Below, in pieces: positions 19,037-25,398 of a DNA stretch of 25,398 nt (position 1 is the stretch's first letter; each line of letters opens with the position of its first letter). The notes beneath the pieces are model-generated. The model saw nothing but the letters and a program-made list of their open reading frames with translations. It searched no databases and was not told the DNA's origin. Position numbers and translations under genes: made by a program. Location of the stretch: positions 1-25,398 of the forward strand of contig CAVZPM010000018.1 in NCBI GenBank assembly GCA_963777155.1, in the 5' to 3' direction. Origin of the DNA: Candidatus Bathyarchaeota archaeon. Lineage in GTDB: Archaea > Thermoproteota > Bathyarchaeia > Bathyarchaeales > Bathycorpusculaceae.

Positions 19037-19152
19037 TTCGACTAAGTCATCTTCTAAGGTGATCCTATTTTGGATTCTAATAGCCAATCTATGCAGAAAT
19101 GATAAAGGTTAGGTCAGAATAGGTCTAAAATTGTTGATTGTGCCCAGAAATG

Positions 19153-19440
19153 TTATCTGTTGTTTCTTGCTTTATGTTTTGTTTGAGGGGTCTTTGTAGG
19201 TTCATCCCAGTATTTATCAAATTCTTCAGGCGTCATGATGTTTAGGCTTTTAAGTTGTTGGCTGAACGCATCCAGTGCACAAGGGTTGTTCAGATGCGCA
19301 CGATAAATCTCCATCAGCAAATCCACAGCCATCGAAGCAGAAATAGGCTTCTTAGCCATCAACGATAACTCCTCAGAGACTTTAACTAAATCCTCAAAAA
19401 CCCGCAAAGGCAAATCAACAGTCTTAACCATATCAATCAC
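19153..19440 (-). CDS. hypothetical protein (RHH-like N-terminus)
   Basis: 95-aa ORF 7 nt downstream of the flavodoxin gene; strand-helix-helix pattern KTVDLP..VFEDL...KPIS...AVDLLM. Confidence 0.7.
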   Translation of the reverse strand: MIDMVKTVDLPLRVFEDLVKVSEELSLMAKKPISASMAVDLLMEIYRAHLNNPCALDAFSQQLKSLNIMTPEEFDKYWDEPTKTPQTKHKARNNR

Positions 19441-19447
19441 TTAGTGT

Positions 19448-19993
19448 TTACAGACTCTTGGCTATTTGCTCTGCATCCTTTTTAATCTTCGCCAACTCAT
19501 CCACCGTCGGTTTGCCTCTAATGTCGCCGAGCCTGCCTAGCGTGCTCATGTCCAATCTGCCGTGAAACTCGCCAACAATGTACCATTCTCCAACGATGCT
19601 AAAGCCGAAATGCTCAAAATATTGCCTCATCGTTTTCCCAGCGGGCGTAGCCTCATCTATACCCGTATGTGGACCTGAATACGTGCAGAAGATAAGCGCG
19701 TTTTTTCCAGCAACCTTTGGGGCAGACGGCTTAATCTTTCCTTGGCTTCTATACAGGTTAAGTTTAGCTTTCAGTAGGTCAGCTATGGGTTTTGCTGGTT
19801 GCCACTCAATCGAGGGTGAACCCACACAAACCAAATCATACCCGAAGAAATCGGTTTCAGCGGCCTCTGCGGGCTTCTTTAAATCAACCTGCATTCCGCC
19901 AGATTCGAGACCTTCTTTAATAGCGGATGCGACTTTTTGAGTGTTTCCTGTACTTGAAAAATACACGAGTAAAGCTGACTTCAAAATCTCCAC
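19448..19993 (-). CDS. flavodoxin family protein
   Basis: VYFSSTGNTQKVA, YDLVCVGSP, FCTYSG. Confidence 0.88.
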   Translation of the reverse strand: MEILKSALLVYFSSTGNTQKVASAIKEGLESGGMQVDLKKPAEAAETDFFGYDLVCVGSPSIEWQPAKPIADLLKAKLNLYRSQGKIKPSAPKVAGKNALIFCTYSGPHTGIDEATPAGKTMRQYFEHFGFSIVGEWYIVGEFHGRLDMSTLGRLGDIRGKPTVDELAKIKKDAEQIAKSL

Positions 19994-20098
19994 CTAACCT
20001 AACATTGCAGTAATTTAAAATAAAAACATATACCTTGCCATATAAGAAAATTAAATAAACAAAGTTACAATTAGGAACATACGTGAGTACTTAGGTAA

Positions 20099-21319
20099 AT
20101 GAAACAAGCTACAATTTTAACTGCCACAACGCTGTTGGCATTATCAATTTTGGTGGCTGCAATCATTAACTATGACTTTGTAAGAAAAACAGAAACCAAC
20201 CATGAACCCTTCCATATAGGCGTATCATTCTGTGGAAATACTACAGTTGAAGCAAAGCTCTTGATTGACCGCGTCAAAAACTACACTAACCTTCTGGTTA
20301 TCCAGTCAGGACCTGTCAGCAAGAACGAAAGCAGCTTAACTGAAATAGCGGACTACGCAACACAGCAGGGATTGGATATTATTCCTTTTTTCGGCATTTT
20401 TGATCCTGACCAACCCTGGCAATTGCCATGGGTTGAAGCTGCAAAACAAAAATACGGAAGCCAATTCCTAGGCGTTTATTACTACGATGAACCCGGTGGA
20501 ATACAACTTGATATAAATAATACTGAGTGGGCTCATTTTTTCAATTCTTACGTGCGCCGATTTGAAAATTCATCTCTGTATCAGACTCATTCAGAAGGGA
20601 TAGACCAATTCATTAACGGCAGTTTAACCCGCGATTACGATTCAGCTGCAAGAGTATACGTTGATTCATTCAAACGTTACAGCGACCTCCAAGCGTTACG
20701 CAACAATTCGATTCCAATCTTCACATCTGACTATGCTCTTTACTGGTACACATACAAGGGGGGTTGGGATGTTCTCTTGACTCAACTTGGATGGAACATC
20801 TCAGTCCAACAAGACATAGCACTAGTGCGAGGTGCTGCAAACATCCAAAACAAAGAATGGGGCGCTATGATAACTTGGAAGTACGATGAACCGCCGTACC
20901 TTGATACAGGTGAAGAAATTTACAAACAAATGCAGATGGCGTACACAGCTGGAGCAGACTACATAGTGGTTTTCAACTATCCCCAAAATGACACTTCGAA
21001 TCCTTACGGCGTAATGAAAGATGACCACTTTTTGGCGCTTCAAAACTTCTGGAATGACATTAAAACCCAAAAGATCATGCATGGCTCTTCAAGTGGTGAG
21101 GTAGCGTTTGTTTTGCCAGAGAACTATGGTTGGGGCATGCGTCGTCCAGACGACAAGATTTGGTATTGGGGACCAGACGAGGTCTCGCCGCAAATCTGGA
21201 ACACAAGCCGTCAACTATTGTTGCAATATGGGTTACGTTTAGATATTGTCTACATTGACCCCCAATTTCCGCTTGAAGGCAACTATTCACGGATCTACTA
21301 TTGGAATCAAACACTATGA
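20099..21319 (+). CDS. membrane-anchored conserved hypothetical protein, glycoside-hydrolase-like (TIM-barrel) motifs
   Basis: N-terminal TM helix, [24 protein letters not shown]....K.WG...TW, AY.AGA.Y...F.Y; Trp/Tyr-rich. Confidence 0.75.
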   Translation: MKQATILTATTLLALSILVAAIINYDFVRKTETNHEPFHIGVSFCGNTTVEAKLLIDRVKNYTNLLVIQSGPVSKNESSLTEIADYATQQGLDIIPFFGIFDPDQPWQLPWVEAAKQKYGSQFLGVYYYDEPGGIQLDINNTEWAHFFNSYVRRFENSSLYQTHSEGIDQFINGSLTRDYDSAARVYVDSFKRYSDLQALRNNSIPIFTSDYALYWYTYKGGWDVLLTQLGWNISVQQDIALVRGAANIQNKEWGAMITWKYDEPPYLDTGEEIYKQMQMAYTAGADYIVVFNYPQNDTSNPYGVMKDDHFLALQNFWNDIKTQKIMHGSSSGEVAFVLPENYGWGMRRPDDKIWYWGPDEVSPQIWNTSRQLLLQYGLRLDIVYIDPQFPLEGNYSRIYYWNQTL

Positions 21320-21378
21320 GCAGCATTGGTCTTTAAACTATAAATATCCAGCAAACCATAGGTAAAAGCAAGCTACGG

Positions 21379-22626
21379 GTGAATTTTTTGAGAATAGGCT
21401 TTTTTGTTTATGAATATCCTCCTCAACTGGTCGGAGGCTTAGGAACATATGCTGAATACATCACTCAACAGTACGTTGACATTGGACATGACGTTTCAGT
21501 CTTTACTTTAAACAATAATGGTTTAAGAACCCGGGAAATAATGAAGGGTGTTGAAGTTCATAGACCCCAAATAGCTGATGCAACCAACGTCTGGCCATTT
21601 TTTGTAGTTGACGACCTAAAAAAATGGGGCACCAACATCAAACTCTTCAACGACATTTTTATCTACAACATTCTGAGCGCAACCAAACTAATTAATGACT
21701 TAATAAGAAAAGAAGGGTACATTTTTGATGTAGTCTGTTGCCACGACTGGTTAAGTAGCATAGCAGGCTTAGTTGTTAAGAATGAAACTAAAATCCCAGT
21801 TATTTTTCACACTCATAGCACGGAGTGGGGAAGAAGCGGTGGACAAGGCTCCGAAGTTGTATCTCACCTTGAAAATGCAATAGCCCAGAACTCAGACAAA
21901 ATCGTCACTGTAAGTTATGGTATGCAAGAAGATCTTATAAAACACGGTTGGCAATCGTCAAAAATCAGTGTGGTCTGGAATGGCGTGGACCCTGACCGCT
22001 ATAACCCAGTTAATGTTAAAAAACAAGATGCTTTGGCAATTAGACGAAAATACGGTGTTCCAGACGATTTTAACATGCTGCTTTTTGTTGGTAGACTCAC
22101 GTGGGTGAAAGGTGTACGTAATCTTTTGCAGGCTATGCCGCTTGTTCTTAAAGAGTTCCCTAATACTAAACTGGTAATCTTAGGTAAAGGTGAAGAGCAA
22201 ACCGATGTTGTGGAAACCGCTGAAAGACTCAACATTAAAGAAAACATAATTTACCGATTTGACTTTGTCTCAGAAAACGAAAGAATCCTCCATTACGCAG
22301 CCGCAGATGTCTGCATTTTCCCGTCAACTTACGAGCCATTTGGGATTGTAAGTTTAGAGGCGATGGCTATGGAGAAACCAGTCGTTGTAGGCGCTCATGG
22401 AGTTGTCGGCTTCAAAGAGCAGGTGGTAAATGGGGGTCCAGATCAGACGGGAGTACACATCAACGGTGAAGATCCCTCTGACATAGCTTGGGGTATCAAG
22501 GAGACATTGCGGAATCCTGAGAAAGCAAAGAATTGGGGAGAGAACGGTCGCAGACGGGTACTGGAGTATTTTACTTGGCGAAAAGTTGCAGAGCAAACCA
22601 TCAAAATCTACGAATCTCTACTATAA
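21379..22626 (+). CDS. GT4 glycosyltransferase (glycogen synthase-like)
   Basis: EYPP..VGGLG, HDW, H.HSTE.GR, V.NGVD, FVGRL...KG, PS.YEPFGIV.LEAMA. Confidence 0.92.
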   Translation: MNFLRIGFFVYEYPPQLVGGLGTYAEYITQQYVDIGHDVSVFTLNNNGLRTREIMKGVEVHRPQIADATNVWPFFVVDDLKKWGTNIKLFNDIFIYNILSATKLINDLIRKEGYIFDVVCCHDWLSSIAGLVVKNETKIPVIFHTHSTEWGRSGGQGSEVVSHLENAIAQNSDKIVTVSYGMQEDLIKHGWQSSKISVVWNGVDPDRYNPVNVKKQDALAIRRKYGVPDDFNMLLFVGRLTWVKGVRNLLQAMPLVLKEFPNTKLVILGKGEEQTDVVETAERLNIKENIIYRFDFVSENERILHYAAADVCIFPSTYEPFGIVSLEAMAMEKPVVVGAHGVVGFKEQVVNGGPDQTGVHINGEDPSDIAWGIKETLRNPEKAKNWGENGRRRVLEYFTWRKVAEQTIKIYESLL

Positions 22627-22650
22627 AGAAAAGTAAAAAGATAAATTGGT

Positions 22651-23616
22651 TTAGATTGACAGCATCTCTGCCACTTTTAGCAGCCGCAAATCCAGGTGCT
22701 TTCGGTTGTTAGCTGCCTTCTCAAGCTCAAAATGTGTGACTACGCCCCTCTCTAATCCAACTGCCATGTTGCTTTTTCCCTCACAGACCAATTCAACAGC
22801 TCTCTCAGCAAACAAACTAGCCAGCAACCTACTTCGGGCTGTTGGACTTCCACCACGTTGAGAATATCCCAGAATTGAAAGTCTAACCTCAAATTCTGTT
22901 TGTCGCTGAATTTCCTGCGCTATTTCGCTCGAGTTGCCAAACCCTTCGGCAGCAACAATTATTCCGGCTCTTTTACCTTTTTTCGCATTATCATTCATTA
23001 TGCCGCATATATCCTCAAGTCGCATTGGGTTTTCAGGAATAAGGATCACTTCTGCTCCAACACACATGCCGACCTCAAGTGCTAAGAAGCCCCTTTTGCG
23101 ACCCATAACTTCTACAATAAAAATTCGTTCGTGAGAAATCGCTGTATCCCTGATTTTGTCGATTGATTCTACGGCTGTGTTAACAGCTGTGTCAAAACCG
23201 ATTGTTTCGTCGGTACCATAAACATCGTTGTCTATTGTTGCTGGAATCCCAATCATCAAAGCGTCGCTTTTCTTACTTAACGCTAAGGCGCCTCGGAATG
23301 AGCCATCGCCGCCAATGACCACCAGAGCATCAATATTGTTTTGCCGCAGAGTTTCTGCGCCTGTTTCAACGCCTCCCGGTTGCTCAAATGCAGGGCACCT
23401 GAGCGTATGAAGTATGGTTCCACCAAGTTGGATTATGCCGCCAACGCTGCGTGGAGTCAACTTTTTGTAACAATTGGATAATAATCCATCCCAACCACGT
23501 TCGAAACCGATTACTTGAAGTCCCATTGAGTGTCCAACACGTGTAACTGCACGTATCGCAGCATTCATTCCTGGTGCATCGCCGCCTGAGGTAACTACTC
23601 CAATAGTTTTAGTCAA
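22651..23616 (-). CDS. pfkA: ATP-dependent 6-phosphofructokinase (PfkA family)
   Basis: TSGGDAPGMNAAIR, GGTIL, IGGDGS, PATIDND, GFDTA, EVMGR, AEG, LG..QRGG.P. GGDGS and PATID indicate the ATP type rather than PPi. Confidence 0.95.
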   Translation of the reverse strand: MTKTIGVVTSGGDAPGMNAAIRAVTRVGHSMGLQVIGFERGWDGLLSNCYKKLTPRSVGGIIQLGGTILHTLRCPAFEQPGGVETGAETLRQNNIDALVVIGGDGSFRGALALSKKSDALMIGIPATIDNDVYGTDETIGFDTAVNTAVESIDKIRDTAISHERIFIVEVMGRKRGFLALEVGMCVGAEVILIPENPMRLEDICGIMNDNAKKGKRAGIIVAAEGFGNSSEIAQEIQRQTEFEVRLSILGYSQRGGSPTARSRLLASLFAERAVELVCEGKSNMAVGLERGVVTHFELEKAANNRKHLDLRLLKVAEMLSI

Positions 23617-23732
23617 TTTTAATGCCCTATTATCTGACTCTTGTTAATAGATTAAAATGTTTAGTATGTCTCATAAATTGTGTGCAGTTCCAAAACACAT
23701 AAATTCCAATCTTCTGTCTTTATGGAAACTGT

Positions 23733-23886
23733 CGGGAGGTAGCTCAGCCTGGCAGAGCTCTCGAGCTGGCTAACATGCTTAGCTGGTGGAGAAGCTGTAG
23801 AGGTCTACCCATGGTGGGCTTCATTCTAGCCTGTCTAGGCCACAGATACCGAGCCGTCGCAGGTTCAAATCCTGCTCTCCCGACCA
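23733..23886 (+). tRNA. tRNA-Tyr(GTA) with two BHB introns: 23764-23793 (position 30/31, 30 nt) and 23801-23847 (37/38, 47 nt); CCA encoded
   Basis: Acceptor CGGGAGG/TCTCCCG with A73 (C1-G72 is the archaeal Tyr identity pair), D arm GCTC/GAGC, T arm GCAGG-TTCAAAT-CCTGC. After splicing the anticodon arm is CTCGG-CTGTAGA-CCGAG. Both junction pairs form bulge-helix-bulge motifs (CTCT/GGAG and CTGT/ACAG). Confidence 0.93.
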
Positions 23887-23938
23887 TGTCTATAATCAGG
23901 TTTTTTTAAGCTAAACTCGTGTTTTTTCTTCTGGATGC

Positions 23939-23985
23939 TTTATATACTTCAAGTTAATATTGTATTAATATGGTGATAATATGGT
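23939..23985 (+). promoter_or_regulatory. TA promoter (TATA) and putative autorepression operator
   Basis: TTTATATA at 23939-23946; TAATAT(T/G)GT three times at 23955, 23966 and 23977 (11-bp period); palindrome TTAATA-ttg-TATTAA at 23954-23968. Confidence 0.6.
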
Positions 23986-24209
23986 AAAGGCGATAGTAAC
24001 GATTGACGAGCGAACGAACCGAATCCTCAACATACGTTAAAGCCAAGTACGGTCTCAAAGACAAGAGCCAAGCGATAAACTTGATGGCACAACAGTTTGA
24101 GGCGTGTGTTATGGAGCCTGAGCTAAGACCAGAGTTCATTGAAAGCCTAAAAGCTTCAGAAAGCGAAAAAACTGTAAAAGTCAAGGACTTCGCCAAGCAG
24201 ATATTCTAA
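23981..24209 (+). CDS. antitoxin, DUF2683-like (RHH-type), 1-bp frameshift near 24033
   Basis: ATG 23981 MVKAIVTIDERTNRILNI joins VKAKYGLKDKSQAI...EPELRPEFIE.L; GGTGA SD upstream. Confidence 0.8.
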
Positions 24210-24217
24210 GTGATTGC

Positions 24218-24479
24218 TTGTATTCTTTAGAAGTGGTTGAAAAAGTAGATAGAATATTCAAGAAACTGCAAAAGAAGGACTTCAGTGCAGTTTGAAGCGC
24301 TATCTAGAAAGGTAAACGAGATTTTGGAAAATCCTCAGCAATTCAAACCGTTGAGGAGTCCTATGCAGCATATGCGTCGAGTACACGTGGGCTCATTCGT
24401 TCTTGTCTACGATATAGACGAGAAAAAGAAAGTCGTCACGATAAGAAGATATGAACATCATGACAACGTTTACAAATAG
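24218..24479 (+). CDS. RelE/ParE (YafQ-like) family toxin, 1-bp frameshift near 24282
   Basis: TTG 24218 MYSLEVVEKVDRIFKKLQKKD joins VQFEALSRKVNEILENPQQFKPLR..M...RRVHVGSFVLVY.IDE..K.V....YEHHDNVY. Confidence 0.85.
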
Positions 24480-24504
24480 GCTAACTTTCAAAGATTGATA
24501 AAGA

Positions 24505-24610
24505 GCCAACAAGCTTAGTGGATAGAGAAGTTGAAAAAAAACTATTTGTGGGCTATCCTTAGGCCACAGATACCGAGCTGTCGCAGGTTCAAATCCTGCT
24601 CTCCCGACCA
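24505..24610 (+). repeat. duplicated 3' part of the tRNA-Tyr gene (att-like); 24560-24610 near-perfect, 24505-24554 a decayed copy of intron 1, anticodon and intron 2
   Basis: TAGGCCACAGATACCGAGC(T/C)GTCGCAGGTTCAAATCCTGCTCTCCCGACCA is repeated. Upstream GCCAACAAGCTTAG..GAGAAGTTG..GTGGGCT resembles GCTAACATGCTTAG..GAGAAGCTG..GTGGGCT. Confidence 0.9.
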
Positions 24611-25197
24611 AATTGACTTTTCGGTTTTGGAGTTGTGTGCGAGTGTATTTTGGGGGGAGTCTGCGAGTTGTTTATACAATTTGTTTAAACAATGTGTATA
24701 CCATTTTTCAGAATGTATCAACACGATTTCACTTGGTGCATACCAAATCTCGCGGTAAAAACTAAATACTCGCCAACCAAACGCTCGCCACAAACCCACA
24801 AAACCCATCCGCCTAAAACCTGCTTTGTCCAAAGTCGCTAAGGCCGCGGTGTTTCTTCTTTGGGTGGAAGCAAAAACCGCCTCTGAACCATCTTTTTTCA
24901 AAACATCCAACCCAGCTTTTGTAAGGTTTAGGGCGATTCCATCGTCGCCGAAAAGTGGGGTGAACCGCAATCCAGAGGATACAGCCGTACTTGCCGCCGC
25001 CAACTTGGAAATCTATCAATTTAGCAAATCCAACCACTGTGTCTTGAACTTCTCTGACGAGCACGCGTCCATCCTCTGAGTCTACGCTGTGGCTGGCAAA
25101 GAAACGGAAGAACCTTGGAAAAGACAAGTCAATTATCTTTTTTCAGTTCTATGTAATCACTTGAAGTTGCCTGTCTTATCGATGGAACGGCGTTCAC
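24542..25197 (-). CDS. GNAT family N-acetyltransferase, frameshifts near 25140 and 24945; true stop probably near 24700
   Basis: GTG 25197 MNAVPSIRQATSSDYIELK joins IIDLSFPRFFRFFA...VVGFAK...ILWIAVHPTFRRR and then GIA..L...N.AA.....KAGF (acetyl-CoA motifs A and B). The tail running through the tRNA repeat looks non-coding. Confidence 0.8.
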
Positions 25198-25398
25198 TAT
25201 TGTTCCTTCAATTGCTAATAGAAAGTGAAAAGAAATAAAATACTATTGTGGAGGCACCTTAAAGTGGCGGTGCAGGAGATGGCAATGTGGGTTCTTGCGT
25301 TTTTTTGCGTGAAAATATTAGGCTGTGATTTCACAATTGGGGTACTCCGGCAAGGTCTTCTACGATTAGTAAGCCTCGAGCAAGAATTGCAAATGCTC

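Larger units (their letters stand above)
23836..24610. mobile_element. minimal tRNA-Tyr-integrated element or remnant (724-bp repeat period) carrying only a toxin-antitoxin pair
   Basis: 51-bp direct repeats at 23836-23886 and 24560-24610 (1 mismatch) flank the TA genes. No integrase in the window. Confidence 0.7.

Noticed and set aside
565-23410. Numerous antisense or alternate-frame ORFs in the track (e.g. 565-903, 10167-10469, 16801-17151, 17516-17899, 19578-19940)
   Set aside because: They are shadows of well-supported genes and have no motifs of their own.
24393-24758. ORFs 24393-24611(-) and 24531-24758(+)
   Set aside because: These are translations of the tRNA repeat (the MVGRAGFEPAT pattern is antisense tRNA), not proteins.
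25330-25398. Possible 3' end of a minus-strand CDS at the window edge
   Set aside because: Too short to determine frame or product.
1-25398. CRISPR array, rRNA, transposase or integrase
   Set aside because: No regularly spaced repeats, rRNA-like sequence or recombinase motifs were seen.

Overview
Archaeal chromosomal window. Gene content, TATA/BRE promoters and a BHB-intron tRNA point to Archaea, and several protein families look like those typical of Bathyarchaeia (inference). It is mostly housekeeping and metabolic: TrmI C-terminus, a Grs/Gms-like B12 radical SAM, an SDR epimerase, aspartate kinase, OsmC, a radical SAM/SPASM protein, a HAD phosphatase, proC, trm1, an NTPase, flavodoxin, a GT4 glycosyltransferase, ATP-type pfkA and a GNAT. 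Many genes carry 1-bp indels, most likely long-read assembly error. Standout loci: (1) 4935-7611, two C2H2 zinc-finger microproteins, then a 930-bp gap holding three independently folding RNA-like elements, then an intact aRF1 paralog. That paralog has lost all stop-codon-reading motifs (GTx, NIKS, YxC) and has GGSSQ in place of GGQ, so it is a candidate codon-blind ribosome rescue or hibernation factor. (2) 23733-24610, a tRNA-Tyr(GTA) with two BHB introns whose 3' part is duplicated 724 bp downstream, enclosing only a DUF2683/RelE-type toxin-antitoxin pair and no integrase. (3) Stand-alone eukaryote-like domains (DCD, GOLD-like). All family calls come from motif recognition by eye; no database searches were run.
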